DNA of 64,000 bases from Harriotta raleighana (Eukaryota): positions 1,135,726 to 1,199,725 of the forward strand of contig JBNZDD010013638.1 of NCBI GenBank assembly GCA_050575255.1. Reading direction: 5' to 3'. Shown here piece by piece: positions 1 to 12,711 of the stretch. Made by a program: the position numbers and the translations under genes. How positions within the stretch are numbered: the first letter of the stretch is position 1; the number at the start of each line of letters is the position of its first letter. A model generated the notes under the pieces. The model made no database searches, was not told the origin of the DNA, and was given only the letters and a program-made list of their open reading frames with translations.

Positions 1-199
1 TTTTCATATTTTTTTCAGGGTCAACCATTATAACAGGGGTGAGTGGTTTTGGGGTGCGGGTCATATGTAGAACTATTCTTCTCTTTAGCCAACCATATTC
101 ATCAGCCAAACAATAACATATCACAGGTCACAATTTTCACCCCGTTCCTTTACTGGACATTAGTACTGTATATATTTACATTTCTAGTTCGTCTCCAGA

Positions 200-311
200 G
201 GCAACTAGTTCTGACAAAGGGTCGTGGACCCGAAACGTTGACTCACTTTCCTTTCTCCATGGATGCTGCCTGACCTGCTGAGTTTTTCCAGCAACTTCTG
301 TTTTTGTTTTA
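200..311 (+). mobile_element. Penelope-like element terminal remnant
   Basis: Hammerhead motif followed by ...ctccatggatgctgcctgacctgctgagtttttccagcaacttctgtttttgtttt, resembling the abundant chondrichthyan Penelope-type terminal repeat as I recall it (not database-checked). Confidence 0.55.
207..243 (+). ncRNA. Degenerate minimal type I hammerhead ribozyme motif
   Basis: AGTT (stem I) - CTGACAA (core CUGANGA with G>A) - A - GGGTC gtg GACCC (stem II) - GAAAC GTT (palindromic stem III and NUH) - GACT (stem I'). Confidence 0.6.
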
Positions 312-1629
312 GTAACATATACTGGTTGGTTTTGCTGGCTCTGGGCCAGCAGGATCCCGTTCAGAGTTGAATCTCCAATTGCCAAGTTAGAGCAAGTAGA
401 GCTTGTGATGTTCTGTACTTACATGAAAACCATCTGCCATCACAACTGGAAAAGGTTACCAGAAAGAATCACCTAGGCCCTGGTGCTGATTTCATTTCAG
501 AAACAGCTTGTTGCGGTGATGGGAGGTTGATAATAATAATCCCAAGAGCAGAGAATTTGACTTCCACTGACATTTTTAGGAGAAATTCACAGCTTTCAGT
601 AAACATTTCCATGTAAGTATAGAGATGGGCTAATTATATGGTTAAATGCAACCGCTTTGTGTTCTCTTTTCTTTCATCAATTTGTTCATAGACTCGCAAA
701 AATTATAGCACCACAGAAGGAGGCTTTCGGATCATTAAACTTAGACTGATGCTTGCTCCTCCACTACAGCTATCACTGTAATAATCAAAATTCTCTTTTC
801 CATTGCCCTTTTAGAATGTTCCATTTGAAATATGAAATAAAATATTCATTTTATTTATTTTATATTGATGCAAAAAAAATCCACTTTACAGCATATTCTG
901 TGAAGCACTTTGAGACATCTCAACAGCCTGATAAGGTGCTATATCAAATGCAAAGATTATTATACTATTTATACAATTCTTATTTATTTAAACGTTTGTA
1001 TGGCTTTAACTTCAATAATCACTTGTAACAGTATTTCATGTTCTAATAACCATCAGTAGGAAAAACTGTCTTTTTTTTGCTGGAATGATTATCATAGATC
1101 TATTTCAATATAGGAGATAAATTGGAAAAGCATAAGAGAGGCACATTGCCCCTCAGTTGTGAATGTTTATATCTGATTTTCTTAAACTTGGCCAACAATA
1201 CTGACAAAAAACAGCATAAACTGAAAAATCCCTTGAAATGGCCAGAAATCAAATTGCAAAAGAAAATTCGATGATGTGGAATAGACAAGGAAATCACTTG
1301 AGTCAAAAGCCACTCCTGCATATCTTGTCATTGGACTAAATTCACGTATCACATAGGTGTGCAGTTAGCAGAAGAATTTGATAAGAAATTGGAGGTGGAG
1401 GTAGGTGGGGGATGACGTTTATGTAAAGGGGAAGCGCTAGCAATAAAATCTCATTTACAAATTGTGTAAACCATGTGACCTGAAGGAAGTACAAATGCTC
1501 TATGTTCCTTTAAATCACACCAGCAGACAATCAAAAGGGTGAGAAATGCAGGATCTACAGTACAGCTGGAGGTACTGGAAAATCATATTCTGATCTGTGG
1601 TACATGTGTCCAAATATAGTGTGAACTTT

Positions 1630-1850
1630 CTGACTTAGAAGGAGGCCATTCAACCCATCAAGTCACTGCCTTACAGAAGATGGAGAATAATTCAATCTTA
1701 TTGCCCAACTTTATTCACATATACCTTCAAGCCCCTCTCTTTCAAGCCTGTCTACTTCCCTCTTGAAAGCTACAGTGGACTCCGCCTCCACCACCCTACT
1801 CAGCTGGATGTCCCCAACAACTCTCTGAGTGAAAAAATTCTTCCTAAGTT
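1630..1850 (-). mobile_element. CR1 LINE 3' fragment
   Basis: Contains agaaggaggccattcaacccatc and ctctgagtgaaaaaattcttcct, the same terminus as the longer CR1 at 59.3-60.2 kb. Confidence 0.65.
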
Positions 1851-1879
1851 TTCCTTTCTTCTTGTGACTCCCTTTTAAC

Positions 1880-2275
1880 TATGTATTTGATATTGTGCCT
1901 TATCACATTTTCAGGTGCTTCACAAGATATACTATAAAGTGGATTTGACTGTGTAGTTGTGAGTGAAACATGGTAGCCAGCTTGGGCCCAGCAATGGTCC
2001 ACAAACAGCCATGGTGCATAACTCATTTTAATTTGGAAATTTGTTGGCCAGGACACTGGTAGAAACTCTCTTCCCTTTTCTAATAGTGTCATGGGATCAT
2101 CCATCTGAACAGGCAGATGAGACATTGGTTTAATGTCTCATCCAAAGGACAGCAATGCAACCTATCGTTTGCACTGCATTGGAGTGTCATCTTATACTAT
2201 ATGTGATTCAAAGTCCCGACCTGGGGCTTGAACCTACAACCTTCTGACTTAGAGAGTTATCTTATTGTCAAGCTG
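1880..2275 (-). mobile_element. Old Deu-domain SINE (DeuSINE-like)
   Basis: Reverse complement reads tttggatgagacattaaacc...ctgttcagatggatgatcccatgacactatt...gtgtcctggccaac, a Deu-domain-like core, with a tRNA-like head at the high-coordinate end. Confidence 0.65.
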
Positions 2276-2904
2276 GCATCATATGGAAGTTCAAGCTTCC
2301 ATTGCAGGACAAGGAATAGGCCAAGTTCCTATAGCAGAAAGTCAAAGCTGTAGTTTCCATCATGCGGAAGAGATTGAGCCACAATAGGTTTCCTATCTAG
2401 TACAGTGTGATTTTTTTTCTCAATTTGTTTTCATATAACTGTACAAAGAAAGTAGCTATATTTTATTACATTACCTTGATATGTGCAGTGATGCAATGAT
2501 GCAATGGTAGCATTGTGTAAACTGTTTACCGACTGCAATGCTTTGTGAGATATTTTTGCCAAATATCAAGCAGTGATGAGGATGCTTATTTTGTGAGGTT
2601 GCTAAAATTGTAACTGGATAGAAATAGAAAAAATAGAAAACCTTCACAGAATTGAGGTGTTCTTTATAGAACAAGAGTGGAATAACATTCTTAATGGGAC
2701 CCATGCATTCCTAAATTCTTCCAGCAATTCTTTAAAAAATGGATAATGTCCAAACTCTTTCTGAATAAACTATTACTGATAATATTTTGTTGATAATTTT
2801 TGTGATTTTCTACAACCATATTTTAGTGTATGTACAGCACTCTCAAGAATCTCTGCGTAACAGTGAAGAACTATATAAACCCAGATATGATATGAACAGA
2901 TATG

Positions 2905-3300
2905 TCACCCTGGCTCCGTTGGTTACCACACTTGCCTCTCGTGGACATAAGGTTGTGAGATCAAGCATCTAGACTTGAACTCAACATCACACCAATGCAG
3001 CTTTCCAGTACCTCATCCAATAATGAGCCTTACATTATTCAATGAGATTTTTGAGATGAAGTGCAGTTTATCTGTTCAGGTGGATGTTAAAGATTCCATA
3101 ATATTATTCAAAAAGGAAAGGGTATTTCTTTCGATGTTCTGGCTGCTCTCCAGCAAATAAATTGTTCATTCACTTCATGGCTATAGTGGGATGTTGCTGG
3201 GGACAAACATGCTACTACATTTGCCTACAGTCACTACATTAATAATAATCACTGCAGACCTATTTGAGTCATTACGATGTGATCGAGCTATAACTATTTC
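2905..3300 (+). mobile_element. Old Deu-domain SINE
   Basis: tRNA-like head followed by ctgttcaggtggatgttaaagattccat; homologous to the copies at 1.9, 39.6 and 55.9 kb. Confidence 0.6.
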
Positions 3301-6300
3301 TTCTTATTTCCAGGATCTATAATGCCAATGCTGAGGTCATGTACAACAACACCAACAAAATTACAATGCTCCACAAATGGATTCTGTTAGCATAGTGAAA
3401 CCTTAAATTGGGAATTTAAAACTATTACACCTAACAATGAGCCCAAATGATTGGACATGCACTTTTGGGGCAGACAGATCTCATCAGAAGCCAATACATG
3501 TATACGTCACATGCAATGCAGGAACAACAATATCATCAAAGGCAGAGAATGATACCAGCAGCAGATGTCATTTCAGGGCAACAGCAACAACAACAACAAA
3601 ATTACATTTATAGAGTGCCTTTCATGTCAGGAGGACCTCCCAGAGGGCAGAGTTGAGTTCAGGTGGTTTTCGTCACTGGTTCCAGGCTAACCATCAACAT
3701 TTAGGCGCACACATGAGAAATGACCACCTGGACAATATACCAGAAGGCTGCCAGTGCTTTGTGATACTAAACCACAGAAATAACACATCTTCAGAAAAGG
3801 AGAAATGGACTAGCCAAAAAAAGGATAGAAAATCCAAGTCTTCCCTCATTTTTCAAACTATAGAAATTGTTTTATTATTGTTGTGTCTTCCTTTAACATT
3901 TTTACTGGGTGTGGAATGATTAGCTTTCTATTTGGAAAGATGAAGACAAAGAGGTTCAAGGAAGATTTTAGTCAAGAAACATTTGTCTGAATAAATGGCT
4001 CAATTTAGAAGAAGTTTGGTGCTTAGCAATTACATCATTTACATCATAGAATTTTTCACTATTTTTTCATTTTGTTCTTAGGCCTCATGTACTTTTTAGG
4101 GATGTTTTATTCTTCGCTGCATTATTTACCCTTTGAATTAGATTTTCTTTTTATTCTACAACTTTCAGTGCCAGTTCCCAGGCTTATTAAATCAATGGGA
4201 ATTATCTCTCTTCAGACCTGCAAATGCTAAATGAAACTGGCTTTCAACTTCAGATCAAATGTAAGACTTCTACAAAATCTGTCTGATCTTAAATTTTAGG
4301 ACAATGATTTTAACACTGAGGTAATGAGAACATAATACAATATAAAGGGTTAAACAGAATTGAGAATATTGTATTTGGAGGCACCACACAAATTCTAAAG
4401 TAAAATTAGGGCAACAGTTGTAGATCGGATATCTCAACCATAGACCACACAAAGTTAGGAGAGCATCTGACAGACTTCCCAGCAATATCTCCAGCTATGC
4501 AATTCCTCTATTTAGACAGCAAGAATCTTAACGGATTATTTAAGACGGGAGAGTGAAGAGCTTCCTCACTTTCCGAGCGATAAAGATCCAATGAACAAAG
4601 TAATGTAGATCTGAGGAACCGGAATATAATCATAAGGTGGAATTTAGAAGAGGCCTGAATTGATCCAGTAAATACATAGGCTGCATGAATTGTAAAAGTA
4701 ACATACAATCCAGAAGGTAAGTGACACAGAAGATGGCTCTGTATATGGTCTGCTTCGCTCACTCAACTTTCAACCAATTTTTGTTCGATCATATTCAGCC
4801 CACAGCGAATAACACATTGTCAGTCAATCAAGTTCGCTAGATAACCTGCTCACCAGATGGGCATAAAAGCAGCATCTCCCACTCCTTTTGGTTGCTTTGG
4901 GATTTATTTTGCATATTAGATTGTGAAGTCTTTGTCTGTCTAGGTGTTTTTTAGGTGAACCACTAACTTGAACTGCATCCTTCAAACTGCGGAGATAACT
5001 AGTTAAACATTTATTATTTTCTACAGATTAATAACAGTGGGAGCTAGAGCCTGACTAACAGCGCTGGAAATAGGGTTTAATTAATATATAGTCATCAGGA
5101 AGTAAAACCAGTCGACCAAAAAACTGAATTTGCAATTTAAAAGATTACATTTGATGGCCGGAGCAGGAGACTGAGTTCCTGAGACTCTAGGTGGCTGAAC
5201 AGTGACCAGTAAAGATGTAATTATGAGTTATTGCACAGGCTTTCTGAGAAGGTACATGGAAACCCGAGCTGGACAAATGGAGTATCTATGGATTCTGGAA
5301 CTCTTTCCCCGTCTGCTCCTTCCAACCACTAGGCTCCATCCTGATCCATGTTCTTGATAGTAAATACTATACACACTTTGGGGATAACATGTGTTGCATA
5401 GATGCATTCAGATCTCCAAAGGCAATCAAGTAAAAGTTTCAGAGTATTCACCCATTCCTAAATCTTCATCATTTAACACTGGTCTGCTTTCCTACTTCTG
5501 CCAATCCCCCATCCCCCTGCCCCCACCCACCCCAACTGTCCCCAGTAGTACAGAAAAAATCATTGTGTCCCATAATGATGGATGATGTCACGGCCTACAT
5601 CAATATAGCAGATGTAGTTGTTTTCATTATTGTAATTGTGCATGATAAAAATCAATTCTCATCATACAGACTACCATTAAATTAAGGTCTGGTCTGAATG
5701 TTCAAATAAACCAGGTAAATCTGGCACATTATGATTTGGGGATTTCTTCAATTAATTGGATCCACTCCCCAATGTTATTATCAAACTATTGCTGTTTAAA
5801 AAATATTCTCTTGATAAACTCTGCTATGAAATGTAAACCAGCATTACTACCTGTAGTACAACTGCACATTTATGGCTGGACAACATCACTCACATGGAAT
5901 GTTAAAATTATGGGTGTTAAAATTACTGGCAGACAAATAATCACTCCCATCCTGTGGAACTGTATCTTAACCTTAACCCTGTGGAACTGTACCTTACCTA
6001 ATGGACTAGATCCGATGGTTCCTTTCTTCAATCCAAATATCTATACTCAATTTTCTAGTGCAATTTACAGGGCATTTCTTTTTGTTTAATAATGATTTCA
6101 GAATGGAAGCAATTTTATTCGTGATTTTCTCTGCGGGGTTTAACCATAGCTTTAGGCTTTAAAGTGTTGCTTCACTGGCTTTTGCCATTTTCAACGTTTG
6201 CATTGCATAAAGCCTCTCTAACCTATACTGGTCTTTTAAATGGATATTAGTTTCTACAATATTATTCCCTACAATTCATCACTGTGGTTTGACTCTTGAG

Positions 6301-6629
6301 ACCTGTGATATAAAACTAGCAATGATGCTTCTTATTTCATATGGAGCTATTGGATGCATGCTCTATAGGCCTCTAATAAATGTTATTCAAGTCTAAGATA
6401 TTTGCCAACAGCTTTTTCTCACAATTCAAATACTCACACTGCAGCAAACAATTACATAATCATCTAAAATGGTTTACATCTACCGATCAAATTCAGGTGC
6501 ACAGACACTTAACAGAAGAACATGTTTGCAAAATGTATTTCCCTCCAAATGCACTAAAATGTATCAAATATTCACCCTAAATAAACAGATTTAAACTAAA
6601 CAGACTACAGTACAGTATTTTTAAAAAAA

Positions 6630-6845
6630 ATTGGGTTAGACAGGTGTCTGACACATGTGGAAACCCATCATCATGCTTAAGGATATCCAAACCTGACTGA
6701 GGGCATACTCTCTCCTCCCAGGCATACTCTCTCCCCTGTTTATCTAATTTCCAAGAGTGTTTGGTACAGAGCCTCTCGGAAGATTGGCAACAGCCATAGC
6801 TTGGGCACCCCATATAAAACATCGAGTGCTACTGGAATTCAACCC
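6630..6845 (-). mobile_element. Unassigned old interspersed repeat (family X), copy 1
   Basis: Motif ggaaacccatcatcatgcttaaggatatccaaacc is shared with copies at about 19.0, 27.4, 37.9, 43.3 and 54.3/54.8 kb. Confidence 0.6.
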
Positions 6846-8663
6846 ATAGTCGAATGTCATGTTTCAGTATTGATTATGGCGGAATCCATAGATCTCTCAA
6901 CCCAGCAGATATTTTCAGTAGGATTCAATGACAACATGGGGTGACATCTCAGAGAGCATTTCAAAGATGGGTCAAGCAGTTTATGTATGTGTGTGGGGCA
7001 GGTGGTGGGTGGCCAAAGGTTGGTCAAGGAAGTAAGTATTGAGGTGGGATTTAAAGATAGATAGAGTAGGAGAGAGACAGAGTAGTGGATGGTGGAGGTG
7101 GGTGGGGAAACATGGACTTAATACCAATAGGGAACATTGGAGTTGACTGCCTGCACCCATACACAGTGAATATGATCCACAATTCAGTTGTGTTACAAAT
7201 GAACCAGTGCTATCATGATGCATGATAAAAGAAGGCTAGCTTGCTTATTATATAATACTGTACTTTCAACTAAAAAAATCACCTGATCTCCTTTAGCCTG
7301 AAACATTGTTCTAGCTACATACATTGTAGTGTTACACAAATACCTCCTTGTAGACTCCTCAGGAGAGTGTATTTTAAATACTGTATCTTGTTTTATGAAT
7401 TCAGTTTAGACACTATTTATATTTGTTTCTATCATGAGATCTTCCATGAAATTACTGAAAATTAAATGAAAAAGTTTATGAAGGAAAAGGATACAGTACT
7501 TTCTGCAAAATATTTTTTCATTTGACGCACCCAGTAATCCTACCTTTATTCATTCACAAATGCTAATTGAAATTTGTTTTTGATGTACAAATAACAAGAG
7601 TAAATGATATCAAAGCTTTAAAGAGGAATATTTGTATTTTTGAAACATCGGGTAAAAAATTATTGTGATTTAATCAGTAAAATACCTTTACTATTGATTC
7701 ATAATTTAATAGTAAATAATTCTTAATAATAATCCTTACATTTGACACCTTTCATATTGGGACTTCAATTCATAGCACTTCACAGGTTTTACTGTAAAAT
7801 GTCCTGACTGTGTATTTTGTAGGTGAACTTCTCAATGATATGGAAACTGCAATATAATGCTCCTCTACATTTTATTCTTAGAAAACTTTAGAGAGCAACA
7901 ACGATGAATGCCTAATCTTACATAATTGATTTATTTACTAAGGTTAGTTTTAGTTAATTAGTAATAATATGGTGGTATTATCACCGAGATAGTACAGACT
8001 TAATATGAATACTGGATTGGCTTTATTTTTCAATAATGATTTCTTAATGAAAGTTGAAGCCTACAGATGGCTAATGATGTTTAGTCCTCTCTCTCCGAGA
8101 TTTCTGTCTCCATCACAATTGTGCTCAATCCAGTTCCCATAGTAATGCTTAACAAGCTGCAGATTTAACTGGACATTATTATATCAACTTAATGCTTTTT
8201 TTGTTGGATTTCTATCATTTAATTGGAAGTGAATGTGGCTTTTCAAGACATCTCTATTTTTTCGTAATGATACCCCCCACCCCCTTCCCACTCCTCAAGC
8301 AAAGGTTTACCACTCTGCATTTTTACATTTACATTTTGAGGTTAATGGATTCTTTGTTGATTATGGGTAATAAAGAATTGCTGTGTTTAAAGCAAGCAGT
8401 GACTTGGAGCAGAGGGAGATAATGTAGACACTGGTGAAGCTGGTGACATCACCTCCTTAAGGAAGTAGCTGTCTTATTATATCTCCCCCGCCCCCCACCC
8501 CAAAACTCTGGCCTCTTGTGGCCCAAGAATACATAGATGCATGTAGATCATTTCAATGTGTGAAGACCCTTAAGAAAGCTAATCTTTATTTTGTCATTGC
8601 ATTTCTATCATTGTATTCAGTGATAGAGATAAACAGGAGCTGGAATAAGATATAGAATGCTTG

Positions 8664-8991
8664 TAATAATAATAATAATAATCCTTGCATTTGATATAGT
8701 GCTTTTCACATCTTATCGACGTCCCAAAGTGCTTCACAGAATATACTGTAAAATGAATTGACTGTATATTTGTGGGCGGAATGCGGCAGCCAATTGCGCA
8801 CAGCAGTGTCCCACAAACAGTCGTGGATTGAAATGACCAATTTTATTATTGTGGTATTTTTGGAGGGATTATTATTAGGCATGTGGAGTAAGGAAACTTG
8901 CCCGAGGCTTCGCCCTGATTTGCTGGGATTCGAACACAGGTCTCTCGCTTGTAAGGCGAGTGCTCTAACCACTAAGCCACAGGAGCTCCAC
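8664..8991 (-). mobile_element. tRNA-derived SINE, full length, young family
   Basis: Minus strand shows A box TGGCTTAGTGG, anticodon-like stem ctcgc-cttacaa-gcgag, B box GTTCGAATCC, a Deu-like 3' body and an aaatgcaagg(att)n tail; highly similar to 63528-63850. Confidence 0.9.
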
Positions 8992-9232
8992 AATATACTG
9001 TAAAGTGAATTGACTGTATATTTTGTGAGGAAAACACGGTAGCCAATTGCACACAGCAGTGTCCCACAAACAGTCGTGGATTGAGTGACAAAATTATTAT
9101 TGTTTTTTTTGAGCATTTTTATCAGGCTTGTGAAGTAAGGAAACTTGCCCAAGGTTTTACCCTGCCAGGAATTGGACCCAGGTGTCTCGCTTGCGAAATG
9201 AGTGGTCCAACCACTGAGCTACAGGACTCCAT
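8992..9232 (-). mobile_element. tRNA-derived SINE lacking its tail, directly joined to the head of the previous copy
   Basis: Same family body with a variant head (gagtcctgtagctcagtgg). Confidence 0.8.
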
Positions 9233-10171
9233 ATGGATATGAATAAAGAAAGTCAGCATATTATAGTAGCATTGTACACCACCTACAGCATGAACATTAC
9301 AGTCTAGAAACATAAGATTGGTCTAAAGCAGAAAAAATATTGAAGTCCTTCTGGCTGGTCTCCTTTTTGTATGATATCTGTAAGCGAAAAAAATTCTAAT
9401 AATACAATTTCTATTCACAGAACGTCATTCGTATAAAATAATATTTCGAAATAATTAGTTTATATCAGTAGATGTGGTTGATATTGTTAAGATGCAAACT
9501 GCATAATTGCACTCATCTCAGAATACGCACATAGTCTTGCATGACACTTTACCACTGTAGCAACAACAACAACTTTTATTTATATAGCGCCCTCCACCCC
9601 GGAGGGCGTCTCAGAGCGCTTATACACTCATACTTATACACTCATACATTCTTTAATACACTAATACTTAGAATATTGCCCAAGGGTCATTCAGGGCTCG
9701 TGTTTCTTGACTTGTGGCCCATGGTGAGATAATACTGCTCCATGGGCCTCTGGGCCTCAATTAATAGCCTTCTTGGTGATTAGATGAGCTGTCCCTTCTC
9801 CTTTTCTCACTCTTCAACAAAGATTGTGAGCATGGCATTAGGATGCAGGGATATCTCATTTTCCATAGATTTTTTTATCCAGACAGCCCTGTTCAAGTGT
9901 AATTATTTAATAGAAGTGCACCAAAGTTACCTCTTATCTTCCTTCGGGGGGAGAGGGAGAAAGTGTCAAACTTGCAAATGTCCACAGTGGGAATGATTGG
10001 AATCAAGTCCTCAATCTGTGGTGAATCACCTAAGGCAGACTCCTGTTCCATAATTTCATGGTATTAGAGTGCTGCTGCATTACCAAGATTGCCCTCGAGC
10101 GAGACTGTTGATTGGGATTTCAGTCCTCAACAAAACATTATTGAGATGCTACGATTGCGAAACTTGTTCGT

Positions 10172-10352
10172 AATAATAATAATCCTTGCATTCGAAATAG
10201 CGCTTTGTCACATATTTCAGATACCTTAAAACGCTTCACAGAATGTGCTGTAAAGTGAATTGACTGTACATTTTGTGGGTGGTATGCGGCAGCCAATTGC
10301 GCGCAGTAGTGTCCCACAGACAGTCATGGTTTGAAGTGACCAATTTATTATT
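10172..10352 (-). mobile_element. SINE 3' half
   Basis: (taa)n tccttgca tail plus ggcagccaattgcgcgcag...gtcccaca body. Confidence 0.8.
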
Positions 10353-11406
10353 TTATATGAAGGAATTAGTAAGGTCTAATGCACACATTGGGGGACCTGC
10401 ATTAAAATCCCAGCAATTTTTGACATTTGCACTATGATTTTTCCCTCCCAAAAGGCCAAATCTTGCCTCAGGTAAACACTAACTGGAGGTGAAGTCAGTT
10501 GTGTGAAGCTCTTTGAGCCGTCCATTCAGTACTAAAGATGCTATTTGTGTGCCCATAAATTACGTAGACAGTCCACTTTACCATATATTCTGTGAAGTGC
10601 TCTGAGACGCTGTCCGGCGTGGAGGGCGCGATATAAATCTAAGTTGTTGTTGTTGTCGAGGTGTCTCAATGAGGCGATAGGGCCCTGTGTCAAATGCAAG
10701 GTTTATTATCATATAAATGTATAAATTGTTGTGGTTGCCTGGTAGACAGGAGCCGGTAGAGAAATCAGCAGGGATTTCACATCGTCACATTTCCGTTACC
10801 ACCCACAAATGACTGGCTGCAGATAAAAAGTGACATTGTCCAATGCCAGACTGTGATGCGAATAATATGGTTGAGCTACAAAAGGGGGGAAAAAACATTT
10901 TGTTTGTGGGAAAAAATCTACTGGCTGCGTTTTACCTTCCTCTTTTAAATGTTGACTAATCTAAATTCAAGGTGCTGGGTTGGTATTGGTTCAAAACATG
11001 CGCGTGCTCTCACGCGGAGTAAACCACGCTCTTTCGCAAGGGTTACTGTCCTAGAAATAATACGGTGGGGGGTGGGGGGGTGGCGAGTGACAGAGGAAGG
11101 TTGATTATTCCAGAATTACAAAGTGCCCCCCAAAATACCCAAGCCGATCCGCTTTACAGCGGAATCTGGGAAGCGCCTTGAGGCGTCCCAGCGGCGCGAT
11201 GAGGTGCTATATCAAATGCAAGGATTGTTATTATCATTTACTATAATGTATCAGCCCCATTTATTTATTTGTTATCAATCCACAACACGGCTGACTGACT
11301 GACTGACTTGACTGACTGTGTGTCGTCTGTCTCCTGAGTGAAGCAGTCAGTCAGGGCGCTGTCTGTGTGTGTGTGTGTGTGTGTCCTTGGTGTTTTGTCA
11401 TACCAG

Positions 11407-11796
11407 CACTACCGCCTAGAGGGAGTTCACTGTGTTGTTGCTGACGGGGCAAGTGGAGAGAGTGCAATAACCACAGAGCAGCAGCAGCAAAAAAATAACC
11501 CCATGGCATTTGCACCAAGCTGGTGAGAGGGGAGACAGAAACAGAGAGGGGGGGAGGCGGGGAGGGGGGGATGGGGGGAAAGAGCCCAGAGTTTTGACCA
11601 GAAAGAAGCTCGAGTTTGTTCGTTGTTGGGGTATATATTTTTTTTAAAAATTGCTTCTCTATCTCCCTTTGTTTTTCTTTTTTCTCTCTCCTTCCCTCCC
11701 TCCCTCCCTCCCTTCCTGACTGTAGCTTAGCAAAATGCCTGTCAAAATTAAGAGCGGAGCCGGTGGAGCAAAACAAAAAGCCAGAGGGTTTTGGAG
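11407..11796 (+). other. Candidate pair of spliced exons (11407-11522 and 11726-11796), possibly upstream 5' exons of ANP32B
   Basis: Acceptor ttttgtcataccAG, donor TG|GTGAGA, 203-nt intron ending in a long pyrimidine tract plus tgtAG, weaker donor GAG|GTGACC; the frame stays open across the junction. Confidence 0.35.
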
Positions 11797-12393
11797 GTGA
11801 CCAGCTCTCCCCATACCGAGAGGATTTGACATCGTCAAGAGAAAGAGAAAGGCTCGACATCTTTCCCTTCCTTTCTCCCTCCTTCCCCCCCCCCCCCCCC
11901 CCTNACCAGCTCTCCCCATACCGAGAGGATTTGACATCGTCAAGAGAAAGAGAAAGGCTCGACATCTTTCCCTTCCTTTCTCCCTCCTTCCCCCCCCACC
12001 CCCCCTCACCCCCCTTTCCCTCCTTTCCCTTCGTCGCGGGGATGGAGTGAGTGAGGGAGGGAGGGAGGGAGGGAGGGAGGGGGAGAGAGAGAGAGGGAAG
12101 GAGATTATCACATAGAGAGAGAGAGAGAGAGAGAAATCGATTGGATTTGATTCCTGATGCAACTGGTATCAGTTTAAACATTAAATCTATTGTTTTGTTA
12201 ATATTTAAAAACTTCCATTTGCTGCTTTTTCCCCTCCCCCCTCCCTCCCCCATTTACCTATCTTAACATGACATATTATTTACCTGTCTATCTCTATCTC
12301 TATCTATGATATCATAAAGCGAATCGTGAGAGTTGACCTCCCCACACTGTTTGCTTTAGTGATCATTGAGCTGTGAGTTGTTTGCTGTGATTT

Positions 12394-12459
12394 ATTTGCA
12401 TGCAATAAAGGGCTCTGTGTAAGATGGCGCGTGGCATCACGTCATCATGTGATTGACAG
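12394..12459. promoter_or_regulatory. Dense TF-motif cluster, candidate promoter or enhancer
   Basis: ATTTGCAT (octamer, 12394), AAGATGGCG (YY1, 12421), TCACGTCA (CRE-like, 12437), TCATGTGA (M-box, 12445), TGATTGACAG (PBX-MEIS/PREP decamer, 12450). Confidence 0.55.
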
Positions 12460-12711
12460 GCAGGAATCCTGCTCTGTCTAATCTTCCTGTGTCTCTAATC
12501 TCTCTCCCCCTCTNTAGTGATCATTGAGCTGTGAGTTGTTTGCTGTGATTTATTTGCATGCAATAAAGGGCTCTGTGTAAGATGGCGCGTGGCATCACGT
12601 CATCATGTGATTGACAGGCAGGAATCCTGCTCTGTCTAATCTTCCTGTGTCTCTAATCTCTCCCTCTCTCTCTCTCCCTCTCCCTCCCTCTCTCTCTCCC
12701 TCCCCCTCCCT

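Noticed and set aside
4508-4762. Possible hemogen exon (LRNR motif at 4611, strong GTAAGT at 4717)
   Set aside because: The motif is on the strand opposite to that expected, the following LRKRKAE-like basic motif is missing, and the frame closes quickly.
8920-8991. tRNA-like sequence with a TAC anticodon loop (and similar heads elsewhere)
   Set aside because: No acceptor stem or terminator, and it is fused to a SINE body; a SINE head, not a tRNA gene.
11800-11997. Duplicated ~93-bp segment creating the repeated peptide in the 300-aa minus ORF (11351-12253)
   Set aside because: Flanks the n at 11904; the ORF is otherwise low-complexity (GA/GGA repeats) with no recognisable homology.
12357-12660. 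Duplicated ~146-bp block including the TF-motif cluster
   Set aside because: Identical copies around the n at 12514; assembly artefact.
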